DNA of 64,000 nucleotides from a virus. The stretch covers positions 1 through 64,000 of IMG/VR virus record IMGVR_UViG_3300037247_001314; one strand, 5' to 3'. Under the pieces are notes generated by a model, which saw only the letters and a list, made by a program, of their open reading frames with translations, searched no databases and was not told the DNA's origin. Made by a program: the position numbers and the translations under genes. This document shows, one piece after another, positions 38,514 through 49,145 of this stretch. How positions within the stretch are numbered: the stretch's first letter is position 1; each line of letters starts with the position of its first letter.

Positions 38514-38566
38514 TCAGACTCCGAGCTGTAGTGTGGCCTGTTAGGCCCGGTGCTGTCGATTTCTGT

Positions 38567-40501
38567 CTACCATTCAAAATCCTTATTGCCGAGTCCTGGC
38601 AAATGGCGCCAGGCGAGTTCATCTGGATGCAGCTGGTCGTCTGGCACGAGGGAGGCCTCCTGCGCTGACCGTGTTGCTCGCGGGCCCACAAGATTCTCGA
38701 CGGTGAGGTGCTGAGCGATAAAGTCTTTGATGGCGTCCTTAGGCGCGTCCTCGATTTCGACGTCGCCGCCCCACTCCTGCAGCAAGTCGCCCACAGGGTC
38801 GTCCCCCCACTGTGCTGCGTCCGGCTCGACCATCTGTTGGTCCAGGAGTTGGTCAAGGCTGAGGTCGTCGTCGCCCTCCTCACCAAAGGAGAAGCCAAAG
38901 GCCCCTGCCCTGACCGCGCAGTTAGCGATCCAGAAAGCCATCACCGTGTCGTCGTGAGAGCCGACGCCTTGGAGCTTGCCCTCCAGCCACGTGAAGTGCC
39001 GCATTTCCTTTATCCAGATGTCGCTCTTCTCGACGCTCTCTTGGTCGCCGCGGGGAATGCGCACCTTCGCGTTTTCCAGCAACACGCGCAGCTGGGGCAC
39101 GCCGCCTTCGAGGGTGTTTTTGTTCATCGTGTGCGTGTTGCCTGAAGGTTGCGCCGAGTTTGACTTCTTGGTTCCAGACGTCACGAACTTGTAGATGGGC
39201 AGGTCAGTCTCGCGGATGAGGTCATCAGCAAAGATGCGTTGCATTTGATTCGATTCCAGATAGATGAGGTCAGCGTCGTACTTTCGCCCGAGTGCGTTGA
39301 TGAGTCCCAGTTGTTGTTTGTATTCCAGACCGTGGTGGCGTTGGATGTCGATGATCCATCTGTTGCGTGCTTGGTCCAGACCGAGGACGAAGCCGACGGT
39401 GTAGTCCGCCCCCGTCGACGTCGAGATGGCGAAGTCGAAACCAATGTAGAAGCTCGTGATGCCGAGCTCCTCGTAGTACGCACGCGTCTGCCCCATCTTC
39501 ACGCCCAGCTGCTCGGTAGGCGACCCTCGGAAGAGTCGGCCGGGGAACAAGCTCATCTCGTCGCTGATGGGCTCGCACATGAACTCGCGCGTGAAGCGCA
39601 CGCTCTTGATTTCGAGTTCGCGCTCTTCGAGAGACTCGACGACAATGCCTTGTTCCAAGTAGCGAAGCCGTTCGGCCTTCGTCGCGCAGAATCGCTCGGG
39701 CCACAGCGCCTCACCTGCCAGATTGCGTGCTGCGTATTTGCGGTAGCAGTAGCGTTTGTTCTCAGCGAGGTCAGCGTAGAGGTCGGCCGCGTGGAACGGT
39801 GTGCCCACGACGATGACCTGGCCGCCAGGGTTCACCATGTTTGTGATGGCCGTGTAGAAGTAGTCTATGTGCTTGTTGCGAACGAGTTCGCTATACGCGT
39901 CCTCGTCGTTGAGCCCGTCGTCGACGACGATCCAGTCAGGGTGGGCTCCGCGGATCTTGGTGCCGAAACCGCGCGCGTAGATTTTATGGCCGTTGGCCAA
40001 AGTGATCTGAGTCTTGCTCCAGTTGCGCGCTTTGTTCTTCGGGTTGAGGAACGCAAGCTTGGGGTTGCTCTCAATCTCCTCTTTGATGTCTTCGAGGATT
40101 CGAACAGCCTGCTCTTGCGTCGCCGAGAAGATGTAACCTCGACCACCAGGCATGAACGCCGCTTTCCAAATAGGAAAAGCGAAGTCGAAGAAAAATGTTT
40201 TTCCGTGATTTCTCGGGGCCAACACGCAGATGCGGTCTTCTTTGGCGACGAGTTCGTCCCACTCCATGTGGTGTTCGGCGACGATGAAATGGCTGTTGTA
40301 GGGAGCCTGCACTGGCCCAGACAGACACTCGCTCGCGAAGAAAGCGCATGACTCCCGCATCATCTCGATGGTGAGCGCGTCCCAGTCGTCGTCGCCACCT
40401 TCGACCGCAGCGTGGGCACGACGTTCTACAGCGTCGTCGTCCCACTCGGGAACGCCGCTACTAAAGAGCTCACCAAATCCGTTAGCCGGCATTGCCATCA
40501 T
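38567..40501 (-). CDS. terL: Terminase large subunit
   Basis: Walker A APRNHGKT, Walker B WIVVDD, VGTPF, FTREFMC, nuclease IGFDFA..DYT and HDDTVMA. Confidence 0.95.
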   Translation of the reverse strand: MMAMPANGFGELFSSGVPEWDDDAVERRAHAAVEGGDDDWDALTIEMMRESCAFFASECLSGPVQAPYNSHFIVAEHHMEWDELVAKEDRICVLAPRNHGKTFFFDFAFPIWKAAFMPGGRGYIFSATQEQAVRILEDIKEEIESNPKLAFLNPKNKARNWSKTQITLANGHKIYARGFGTKIRGAHPDWIVVDDGLNDEDAYSELVRNKHIDYFYTAITNMVNPGGQVIVVGTPFHAADLYADLAENKRYCYRKYAARNLAGEALWPERFCATKAERLRYLEQGIVVESLEERELEIKSVRFTREFMCEPISDEMSLFPGRLFRGSPTEQLGVKMGQTRAYYEELGITSFYIGFDFAISTSTGADYTVGFVLGLDQARNRWIIDIQRHHGLEYKQQLGLINALGRKYDADLIYLESNQMQRIFADDLIRETDLPIYKFVTSGTKKSNSAQPSGNTHTMNKNTLEGGVPQLRVLLENAKVRIPRGDQESVEKSDIWIKEMRHFTWLEGKLQGVGSHDDTVMAFWIANCAVRAGAFGFSFGEEGDDDLSLDQLLDQQMVEPDAAQWGDDPVGDLLQEWGGDVEIEDAPKDAIKDFIAQHLTVENLVGPRATRSAQEASLVPDDQLHPDELAWRHLPGLGNKDFEW

Positions 40502-40541
40502 CGACTAGGTTGCCGTGGTCCAGACAAAATGTCCAGACGAG

Positions 40542-40820
40542 TCAATGCACAGGGTTGAGCAGTCCCACTTTTTGCATTGACGAATAGATACGATCGGCGA
40601 GCGTTAGCGCCTGCCCCTGGATGAGGAGCAAGTTGTCTTCGTCGAGGCCACCTTGCTGCGCGGCAAGACGCCAAAAAGCAGCGTTAGCTTCAGCCGCGAG
40701 CAGTTGCGCCTGGACATTGGGCTGCACGCCTTGTTCGTTCTCGTATTCAGAGGTCAGCTTGACGAGTTCGAGGCCGAGTCCTGCACCTACGCCTTGTTGA
40801 ATGAAGCCACTGCGGGGCAA
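40542..40820 (-). CDS. Hypothetical protein
   Basis: Helical ORF upstream of terL; start uncertain. Confidence 0.45.
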   Translation of the reverse strand: MPRSGFIQQGVGAGLGLELVKLTSEYENEQGVQPNVQAQLLAAEANAAFWRLAAQQGGLDEDNLLLIQGQALTLADRIYSSMQKVGLLNPVH

Positions 40821-40823
40821 TGC

Positions 40824-41036
40824 CTAATCGACCAAAGCAAACAGATGCTGGGACAAATGTGGAGCTGTAACGATCGCCAGAGTTTCCCAACCACCTTCAC
40901 CGTCCGCGATAAGAGGTGGATCGATGACGTCAGCCGCTATCACGTTTCCCCGTCTTGGTGGGCCCTTTCGCGGTCGATGCCACGCGTAACGTTTCTTGGC
41001 TTTGCCGCGAATGATGGTGCCCGCTTCAATCTGCAT
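40824..41036 (-). CDS. Hypothetical protein
   Basis: Probable start MQIEAG after GGGGAG. Confidence 0.4.
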   Translation of the reverse strand: MQIEAGTIIRGKAKKRYAWHRPRKGPPRRGNVIAADVIDPPLIADGEGGWETLAIVTAPHLSQHLFALVD

Positions 41037-41057
41037 GCTGCAGCATACTCCCCAACG

Positions 41058-41088
41058 AAAAAAGGCCGCAACCGTTGCCGGTGCGACC
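41058..41088 (-). terminator. Intrinsic terminator
   Basis: GGTCGCACCG-GCAA-CGGTTGCGGCC-TTTTTT. Confidence 0.75.
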
Positions 41089-41450
41089 CCTTCCTCATAA
41101 CCGGGTTTATCGTGCAAGCACGAGGCACCCCGGTGGCCCCCAGTTACGGGAGTGCGCGGTTTCGGCTTTTAAGGGCCGTTCCATACACCCTCGGGGCATG
41201 CCCCCGAGCGCTCTGCGATGTATCCGCTCCCGTAACTTGCGCCACGCTCACGTCACACCATCGGCCGTGTTTCAAGCAGAGCTCATCGTTACCGACTCAC
41301 CCCTCAACACGACTGACCCTTCGCTGGTGGATAACGACGTCACCGCCAAAACCCGCGTCTGCTGTCTCCAGGTAGAAGAAACACCTCCAAGGAGGATGCC
41401 CCGCTTTGCCCGCTTGTTCCCCCGAAAGGAAACGCGCTTCGCTGCGCCAA
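41058..41450 (-). ncRNA. Candidate structured non-coding RNA
   Basis: No credible ORF; nested inverted repeats (AGTTACGGGAG/CTCCCGTAACT, CTCGGGG/CCCCGAG, CGGGTTT/AAACCCG); ends in a terminator. Confidence 0.45.
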
Positions 41451-41513
41451 CGGGACGTGTTGTCTCAAACGTCTGGGCGACCGTCAAGAACTTTTTTCAC
41501 ATCCGTCGCTTTT

Positions 41514-41954
41514 TTAGATGTGGATGTCAGCCGCTACGGCCACATCGATATCCGCGCCGGCAGTCGGCGCCGTATCAATGTCGAAGCTCAGCACATCGCC
41601 GGGCGCGAGTACCTGGTTGGCCGGGTCCAGATCGGTGGTGCTCACCGCAGTACCGTCCGAGTCGGTGTTGGCCACCGTAAGATCGGTGACTCCGCCCGCG
41701 GCAAGCGCCGTGACGCCGTTGATGTTCACGTCTGGAACCGTGCTGCCACCCGAACCAGTCGTGCCCACCTTCATGCGCACTCGACGAAGGGTCATGTGGC
41801 GCTCGGCGATGAAGCTGAGCTTTTTGCCCGTTGTAACGGTCCCAGCAACGAAGCCGCTGAGCGGCACCTGTCGCGCAAGTTGCGCGAGGATGCCGGGGGA
41901 TTGATGGGCGAGGTCAGCAGGGTTTAAGTCGAGAGGGTTGCGGTAGGTTTCCAT
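41514..41954 (-). CDS. Beta-sandwich virion-like protein
   Basis: AAGGAG RBS; DVNINGVT..LAPGDVLSFDID. Confidence 0.55.
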   Translation of the reverse strand: METYRNPLDLNPADLAHQSPGILAQLARQVPLSGFVAGTVTTGKKLSFIAERHMTLRRVRMKVGTTGSGGSTVPDVNINGVTALAAGGVTDLTVANTDSDGTAVSTTDLDPANQVLAPGDVLSFDIDTAPTAGADIDVAVAADIHI

Positions 41955-41999
41955 GGTCGGCTCCTTATGGGGGCGTCCACTGTACTTGCCGCAAACTCG

Positions 42000-42464
42000 T
42001 TACGCTACAGGCGGTGGCTCCTGGCTTTCGCCCGCATGCGTGAACACGACGTGCCAAGGTTTCTTAGCTTTACCGAACTGGCCGAATGCGGCCGGATTGA
42101 GCACGTCCATCTCGACGTGACCCCGACGTGGTCCTCGCTTGTCGTAGTTGTCGACGTCTGGACCAAAGCCAAACGTCGCACACTGCTGTGTTTCGCCGTA
42201 GTCGATAACCTTGTCCAAACGCCAGTCCGTTTCCTCGTCGGCCGGTGTCATGTCGATGTAATAATAATCGCCGACGGTAAACTGCTGCTCGTCGTCAACG
42301 TGAGCCTTGAAATGCATCTCCGCCTTTCCAGACGGCGTTGCCTCCCAGAACTGTTTATTCTCGGGCGCGCCCTCGTCGGCGCTGACGGGAAGGAACTCGT
42401 AGCTCCGATAATGGTCCCAAGTGTTGGTGCTGCTCATGCAGCGAAACTTTGCGCGAATAGACAT
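42000..42464 (-). CDS. Hypothetical protein with an internally duplicated small beta domain
   Basis: MSIRAKFRC..ENKQFWEATPSGKAEM..FTVGDYYYIDM; second copy RGHVEMDVLNPAAFGQF. Confidence 0.6.
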   Translation of the reverse strand: MSIRAKFRCMSSTNTWDHYRSYEFLPVSADEGAPENKQFWEATPSGKAEMHFKAHVDDEQQFTVGDYYYIDMTPADEETDWRLDKVIDYGETQQCATFGFGPDVDNYDKRGPRRGHVEMDVLNPAAFGQFGKAKKPWHVVFTHAGESQEPPPVA

Positions 42465-42540
42465 TGGCGTCTCCGGTGTTGGTTCAGTTGTGAGACGCCG
42501 CGCGGTTGGCCCAGGTCGTGGCACCCTGGTTGAGTTCAGT

Positions 42541-44496
42541 CTACCAAGTGTCCTCGGGCAATGCACCTTCAGCTGGCGAACCGTCTGCGTACGTATGGAA
42601 CACGCGGAGACCCGTGACGGGGTCGCGAGTAGTGCGCGCTTCACGCTCCTCTAAATAGCGCCGCTCGGATTCTAGGCGCAGGTGCTTTTCGGCACCGTGC
42701 ATGAAACTGACGATCCCGATAACCCCACCAAACAACACCGAGCCCACAATAATAGCAACAGTAAACATCAGCGCACCTCCTTAGTTGTGTTCGTTCTCTC
42801 TTCCAAATAGTAACGCTCTTCGCGCTCCCATTTGCGTTGCAGGATGCGGTCGACAAGCCGCGGATTTCTCTGCACCCCTAGCGTGTACCCCGCGAAGAAC
42901 CCGAACATTGCGCCGACAGTCACGAATAACCAGTCAAGCATTGGCGTCCAGACGCGCAGCTTTCCATCGAGACTGATTCCAACAGCGCTTGCAAGTGACC
43001 TCGTCCCAATCGTCGGTAAGCCGGCATCCGTACTGCGCCGCACACGACGCGAGCTTCTTGTTATACGGATCGCGCATATGAATCTTCCACCTCGGAGGGT
43101 TCGCGCTATCGACGAAAGACTTTTCTTCCAGACGGGCGGGCTGCGTATGACAAAGCGCCTTAAGTCGCCCCAACTCTTCCAAGAGTTCGGGGTCACTACC
43201 CGCTGGCCACCACATCGTGCCGTGCTCATCAGTCCAGCCGCCCTCAACATTGAGCGACTCGCCGGCAGCCTTCTCTTCTTTCGGGGCGGGTTGGTCTTCG
43301 ATGACTCCCTGCTTCCGCAGCCGAGCGTTTGTTTCCTCGATACGCGTATCGGTCGCCGTAATGGCAGCGCCCCACTTCTCCACCGCCGCAGAGGTAACAC
43401 CGTACTGCTCAGCGACGTCGTCAACTCGGGCACCGTTCCGCACAGCGCGGGCAGCCATCGACCTATCCCTGTTTGTGAGCATTGCCATCTGAAAGTCCAG
43501 ACGCGCACCAGGCACGAGCAGCGTGCTCATGCAGTTCCGGTGAGCTTGCATCAGTGTACGCCCGGATCTTGTCGTTCAGATCGTAAAGTGTCCAGACACT
43601 TTTCCCATTCCGAAACGCCCAGCCTGCTGGCCCACCCAGCTGCCTGCCTCCTGGGAGCGTTTCCTGTTCAACGACGAGGTCAATACCAGCTGGATGATTC
43701 ACGAGCTTTCTCCCCTTCTGCATGTTCAATGAGATCGGTGGACTGCGCGAGCAGTTCTGCCTTCGCCGCAGCGTCGAAGGTGTCCGGTTCTTCTGCAAGC
43801 TTCTTGAGTCGCCGAGTGACGCGCAGCATCTCCCATCGCCAATCGGTTTGCACCTTGGTGTCGTCGTCTTCTCCCATGTAGTCCTCCTTAGACTTCCTCG
43901 GGCTCTCCCGTCCAACTGCCGCTGAGTGCTCTTGTGGTCATTGAACCGAACGCGCGGCCCAAAGCTTGGCGGGTCGCAACAGGTGCGCTCACGGGCGAGG
44001 TGGGGGCTTCTGTCGACGCGTCTAGACTATTGGTATTATCCCTGTGGGCCAGAGCCGCGCTTGGAATATCTCCGCTGTGGTTCAGCATGTACCTCGCAAT
44101 ACCTTTGGAGCATTCGGTGGCCTCTACTTGAATCGCTACTGCTTCCTCGCGCGGGAGTTTGCTGGCCGCGGCAAATCGTCTCCAGACAGAAGCCAACTGC
44201 TCAACCCCAGCAAGCACCGTAGTCATTGGGACCTTCGCGTCGCCGCCGTTGGCGCCAACGAACTTGTCTACACATTTGAGCAGCTCAGTGCTGAGCGCGT
44301 GCGCGCATTCGTGGGCTCGGTCCTGTCGTTGTGCAAAATGGCGAAAACACTTCTCGTGCGACGTGAAGACCGTTTCCTGCACCGCAATGGAATGCCCCGG
44401 CACTATCGGCTTGCGACAAAAAGGACAGATGCCCAACGGCTGCGTGGCCAGCCCCAGCATTACCTTCTCGAAGTCGAGCCCTTTGATGAACATCAA
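42541..44496 (-). other. Run of small hypothetical early genes (42541-42768 membrane protein, 42934-43551 HTH-like, 43680-43877, 43888-44496)
   Basis: Closely spaced minus-strand ORFs with RBSs or overlaps. Confidence 0.5.
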
Positions 44497-45089
44497 AAAT
44501 CTCCCGCGATGGTGAACACACCTTTGGGGCCGATCGCTTCCTCACCGGGAAAGCAGGCCTCTAACGCTTTCAGGATCCGCCGCTTGAGCTCCGGAGAACA
44601 CTTCACGGCCCAACCCTTCCAGACAGGCTTCTTAGCCTTCTTAGGCGCAGGCGCCCAGAGGGCTTTGCGGTTTGTCCAATCAATATTTTGCTTGATCAAC
44701 CCATTAAACTTCTTCGACACATACGGCGTCTGGACAATCAACACAGGGCAGAGCTCGGCCTGGAACATGGACTCGCCACGGGTGAGGGTAATGACTTTCT
44801 TGATGAATCGCTTGCGCACGATTTCACCAAAGTGAGGGAAACCCAACGCAGCTACTTGGTCGGCCAGATGCATCTTCTGCGCATTTGACGTTGTTGCCAG
44901 CGCTGCGAGAAACACCAGCTTGTTAGCCTCTTGCCGCTGCTCGTCGGTGGCGCAGTCGCTCACCATGTACTTGCTGCGGCAGATGGGGCCGATGCCCGTC
45001 TCTACCGACACCGCGTCTAGCAGCGGCTTGCCACAACAGACGCAGTTGATAGCGGTGAGCAGCGTAGCTTTTGCGTTCAAGTAACCCAT
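44493..45089 (-). CDS. DUF6011-like Zn-finger protein
   Basis: CVCCGKPLLDAVSVETGIGPIC. Confidence 0.7.
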   Translation of the reverse strand: MGYLNAKATLLTAINCVCCGKPLLDAVSVETGIGPICRSKYMVSDCATDEQRQEANKLVFLAALATTSNAQKMHLADQVAALGFPHFGEIVRKRFIKKVITLTRGESMFQAELCPVLIVQTPYVSKKFNGLIKQNIDWTNRKALWAPAPKKAKKPVWKGWAVKCSPELKRRILKALEACFPGEEAIGPKGVFTIAGDF

Positions 45090-45095
45090 AAACCC

Positions 45096-45133
45096 ATCAT
45101 AGCAGCGGGCATACTGCTGTCAAGACATTTGTC
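45096..45133 (-). promoter_or_regulatory. Repeated early sigma70 promoter, copy 1
   Basis: GACAAATGTC-TTGACA-16 nt-TATGAT. Confidence 0.75.
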
Positions 45134-47634
45134 GATAAAGTGCGACCGCGCGTCGCTTTTTCTTTGGCCCCAGTACGGCTCTCGCACGCCAATCAAACTC
45201 CTCTGCTGTCCCGCGGAGAACAGTAGCCAGTCGGCCAGCCCGATCCCGAGCCTTACCTAGGGAGCGGTAAGGCGCATCGTGGTCGCAACGGGCGGTGGTC
45301 TCCTGGTGCTGGGCATGAACGGTGTACGTTTTGAACTGCGGCTGGTGTTCGATCCATACGTCCCAAGTTCCATGATCGAACTTCGGTTCCCAGCGTAGTC
45401 CGGGCCCAAAGTTGGTCCCGCTGCCCTCCTCAGGAACGGCGCAGCTCTCTAAAATCTGAGCAGTGAGTCCAAACATGCAAATCACCAAATCCAAGAGAGC
45501 GTGACCGGCCGCCGTTTCTTCTTTGGCGCCGAAGTAGGGAGAAACTCCCAATCGTAAAGCGTCGCGTCCTCGTTAGTTTTAGCAGGATCTAGCACCGCCG
45601 AACCGAACTGGCTGTTACTGCCGAAGAACTGCTGTTGCGCTGATGGCCGATACTTCCGACGAGCAATGAGTCCTAAGCGCTCCGCCGCCATCAGCGTCTG
45701 GCGCATGCGGTCGACGTTGTCCGAAACACCGAGTTCACCCGCCATCATCACGAGCTTCTCGCCGTGGATTATGAATCCGGTCCAGCTCGACGCCACCAGA
45801 GCCTCCCAAGCCTTGCCCCCGTGGAGTTCCAAAATCTGTGCGTCAGTGAGTCCAGACATCAGCAGTACCCCGGCGTGCGCTTGAGCCTGCGAAACTGTGC
45901 AGCCGGATCCAGCACCACGTACTCCTTGCGCTCAGTGCGCCTACCGTCGACGAGGTATCTGGACACCCTCCACGCCACCACAGGCGCCTCAAGGCGGGCG
46001 AGGTCCATGAGCAACGACATATCCCGGCCGTGAAGGCTAGCCCCCTTCCTGTCCAGACGCTTGCGTAGGACGTCAGCCGTCACCGTCTTGGGCCTGACGT
46101 AGAAGCAGTCCGGGGTTTTGGCGTAGCGGTAGGGCGTGTCTGGAACCATCTGGTCTGCCCGCACCAGCGGGGTGGGTTTGTCCTGTGGTGGGTTGATACG
46201 GCCCACTCTGCCAGCAGCGAGCGCCTTCACGTTGGCGATAACGATGTCCCCCGCGGATATCAAGATGGTTTCCCGCGGGGTTTGTTGGGCGAAAGGCAAA
46301 TCTTGCTGTGCGGTCGGCACCTGCAACGTCACGCCGCGCTTCTTTTTCTTGCGAATCTTTTTCTTCTTGGGGAACATACTCAGTCCCCCACGAGGGTAAA
46401 GGTCTGCGCGTCGGTAGTCTTGGTGACGAGAAAGGTGAACCCGTTTATGCGCACCCAACCGGCCAAGTCCTCCAGTTGTCCAGCAAGCACTTCGCGTTCC
46501 TCGTCGTCAAGGTCGGCGCGATTGAAGGCAAGTAAAATATCTTCCAGGCAGCGATGCGGATCCATTAGTCTTTCCCCTCTTTTTCCAGACGCCGACACTG
46601 TTCATTGTAGAGCGCGGGCGCCATCTGCCCCTTCTCTGTGATTTGGTAATGGCCTTGCTTGATACGCACGACCAAGCCGAGTTGCTTGGCGCGTACGAGT
46701 CGCGTGTGAGTCGCGTTGCTCGCTAGGTCTAACCGCTTCTGCACTTCTGCAGCGCGCAGCGTCGCATTGGGAGGGAACACCATCAGCAACTCCAAAATGT
46801 TTCGAGCGATGCGCCTACCAGCCACCGGTGTTTTAGGCGCACCAGACGAAGGCTTTAGGGCTGGGGCGGATGTGAGCACTGCGTAGGCGTCAAGGAGACT
46901 GAATAACGGCGACACGTACCGCGCGTCTACGGGGAGGCCGAGGCGCCGCACATGGTCTTCGGCGAGACGCTTTACTCGCACCTCATTACGAAGATACTCA
47001 AGCTCTACTTCTGCAGCCTGAAGTTTTCGCTCACTGTGCACCACCACGAGAGCATGGGTTTTTCCGAGGCCCTTGCTCACCCAATAATCCCGGCGCTTTT
47101 CCGCATGCTCGTCGGAGAACGTCACGAAGACCTCGCAGTCTCGCCAGCGCGAGCCTCGCAGACTTCCTCAATATCCTCAAACTCGTCCCAGTCAAAGTTG
47201 GCCTCCACGAGCTCGTCATAGAGCTCGACGCTGAGCGTCTTCTCCAAGTCGTGGCGAATCTTCACACAGGCTTGGTACATAGCCTCTATTTTGCGGCTGT
47301 CGTAGTCGAGGTCACTGGCCCAATCCTCAAAGCTTTGGTCGGTTCCAGACGCGTCCGTGACGAAGTGCCCCCTGCCCTGCGAAAAGACCACCGTGGCGCT
47401 GCGACGCCCTTGGTGTTGCAGGCACACCACCCAATGCGAGCAGCCTGTCTTGTAGTTCGTGCGGCGCTCTTCAGGCACCTCCGCGTCGGTCGCGGGTCGC
47501 ACAATGGCAACCACCTTCTCGCTGTCGTCGACAGCGTCAGCTTTCGGCAGCCTGCGATAGACCTGCTGCCGGTTCTGTTCGTTCTGCTCGAAGTCGTGGA
47601 TGGTGCGTGGGTTGCTTGTTGTCTGGAATGGCAT
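45120..47634 (-). other. Small hypothetical early genes (including wHTH protein 46565-47125 and 47122-47634)
   Basis: Coupled ORFs; wHTH-like LVRAKQLGLVVRIKQGHYQIT; SFEDWASDLDYDSRK motif. Confidence 0.5.
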
Positions 47635-47652
47635 GTGGTGCTCCTTGCATCT

Positions 47653-47698
47653 AGATTACCAGCGGGCATATTGCCTGTCAAGACATTTGTCTAAGTTT
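47653..47698 (-). promoter_or_regulatory. Repeated early promoter, copy 2
   Basis: AGACAAATGTC-TTGACA-17 nt-TAATCT, then AAGGAG RBS. Confidence 0.8.
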
Positions 47699-47700
47699 AG

Positions 47701-48909
47701 TTAGATCTGAATAGTGACAGCGCGCTTCACTGGGCGGCGTTCCAGATAAGCGCTTATGAACGCCTGCGCTTGCGGAGCGACGATAGCGTTTCCGTAGGCG
47801 CACAATCGCCCCACGCGGTTGGCAACCCCATGAGCCAACGGGAATGTGCCGGGTTCAACTGGCCGGGCTTTTCCGTCGGTGCAGGGGATCCAGTCAGCGT
47901 CTCCCCAATAGCTCTCTCCGCGTCCAAGGCTAGACAAGCGCAACCGTGCTTCGTCCCGTGCTTGGCCTTCTGCGTTCGGCTGCGTCCTCTGGCGTCGTGC
48001 GCTTGCGGTGTCGTCCAGTGCGCGGCGTGCAACGCTGCCGCCTTCAGAGCCACCCCTCCTTGCCGTCCCGGGGGTATCTGTGGCCCCGTGCCGTCGTTCG
48101 CTCGGGGTGTGGGCCAATGGGCCCGCGTCGCTCTCGTCGGCAGATCGTCGTGTGTCGCTGACCGCTCTTTCCCAACTGACCTCGTCGATGCTCCCTTGTG
48201 GTCGGTGGCGTTCGGCGTCGGCCAAGTTGCCAGCTGCGCTTGTAGGTTGAGGCTGGTCAGCGACACACCCAGCTTGAATCCCTTCGCTATCGCCGCTCTT
48301 TTTCTCGCCAGGAACTGCTCCGGCGTGCCTCCCGCTTCGCGCGCTGCAGGCGTTGCCCATGGAGCCGCTTCTTCGACCGATAGGTTGATGTTGCCGTTTG
48401 CCACGCTCGTCGTGGGCAGACCAATAGAGTCGTTTCCTTTGGTGCGGGGCACCGAAACCACAAGCCGCGGTAACTGCCGCCCCGACGGTGTATCCGCCAC
48501 TTTCCAGGTCTGTCGATACAAGGTCGAGCCAAGTTTCGCCTGGCTTACCCGCAACCTGTTCGCCAAAGATGTTGTGAGGAGCGCACTGCTCAATGAGCCA
48601 GAACCAGGAGGGCCAGAGGTGCCGCTCGTCAGCAAACCCCGCTCCTTTGCCTGCCGCGCTGAAAGGTTGGCAAGGACAACTTCCAGTCCAGACGGGACGG
48701 TCATCGGGCCAACCCGCGTTTCTGAGCGCCAAGCTCCAGACACCTATTCCCGCGAAGAAGTGACATTGTGTGTATCCTTTCAGCTCCGATGGAGTGACAT
48801 CCTCAATGCTCCGCTCATCGACGTCACCAGGTGCGATATGTCCTGCAGCAATAAGATTGCGGAGCCATTGCGCAGCGTAAAGGTCAATCTCGTTGTAGTA
48901 CGCGACCAC
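47701..48909 (-). CDS. C5-cytosine DNA methyltransferase, alpha polypeptide (motifs I-VIII and X)
   Basis: [36 protein letters not shown]. Confidence 0.9.
   Translation of the reverse strand: MVAYYNEIDLYAAQWLRNLIAAGHIAPGDVDERSIEDVTPSELKGYTQCHFFAGIGVWSLALRNAGWPDDRPVWTGSCPCQPFSAAGKGAGFADERHLWPSWFWLIEQCAPHNIFGEQVAGKPGETWLDLVSTDLESGGYTVGAAVTAACGFGAPHQRKRLYWSAHDERGKRQHQPIGRRSGSMGNACSARSGRHAGAVPGEKKSGDSEGIQAGCVADQPQPTSAAGNLADAERHRPQGSIDEVSWERAVSDTRRSADESDAGPLAHTPSERRHGATDTPGTARRGGSEGGSVARRALDDTASARRQRTQPNAEGQARDEARLRLSSLGRGESYWGDADWIPCTDGKARPVEPGTFPLAHGVANRVGRLCAYGNAIVAPQAQAFISAYLERRPVKRAVTIQI
47754..48743 (-). CDS. Methyltransferase beta polypeptide in an overlapping frame (TRD-like repeats plus motif IX); true start uncertain
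   Basis: [32 protein letters not shown]; [13 protein letters not shown] (motif IX-like); architecture as in M.EcoHK31I. Confidence 0.7.
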   Translation of the reverse strand: MSGAWRSETRVGPMTVPSGLEVVLANLSARQAKERGLLTSGTSGPPGSGSLSSALLTTSLANRLRVSQAKLGSTLYRQTWKVADTPSGRQLPRLVVSVPRTKGNDSIGLPTTSVANGNINLSVEEAAPWATPAAREAGGTPEQFLARKRAAIAKGFKLGVSLTSLNLQAQLATWPTPNATDHKGASTRSVGKERSATHDDLPTRATRAHWPTPRANDGTGPQIPPGRQGGVALKAAALHAAHWTTPQAHDARGRSRTQKAKHGTKHGCACLALDAERAIGETLTGSPAPTEKPGQLNPAHSRWLMGLPTAWGDCAPTETLSSLRKRRRS

Positions 48910-48926
48910 AGGGTCACCTCAACCGT

Positions 48927-48972
48927 AAACTAGCAGCGGGCAATATGCCTGTCAAGACATTTGTCTAAGTTT
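48927..48972 (-). promoter_or_regulatory. Repeated early promoter, copy 3 (upstream of the MTase)
   Basis: AGACAAATGTC-TTGACA-17 nt-TAGTTT. Confidence 0.75.
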
Positions 48973-49145
48973 CTTCAGTCGCGGTCTCGAGGCTCTTTGC
49001 GATCATCTCCTCAATGGCAGCCGAGGGGATCGGCCATTTCTTCGCGCGCTCACGAAAAGCATCAGGGTCTTTAGCTATCGTCACTCTATCTGCGTCAGGA
49101 ATGCCCGTCGTAGCGTGCTCCCATGAGTCAAAAGCTGCGGCCCCA

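Noticed and set aside
41090-41125. Resemblance to the RNase P RNA 3' end (AAACCCGGTTAT)
   Set aside because: The conserved GAGGAAAGTCC 5' element is absent at the required position
47770-48933. 387-aa plus-strand ORF over the methyltransferase (possible triple coding)
   Set aside because: No protein-like motifs; explained as a shadow of a region already open in two frames
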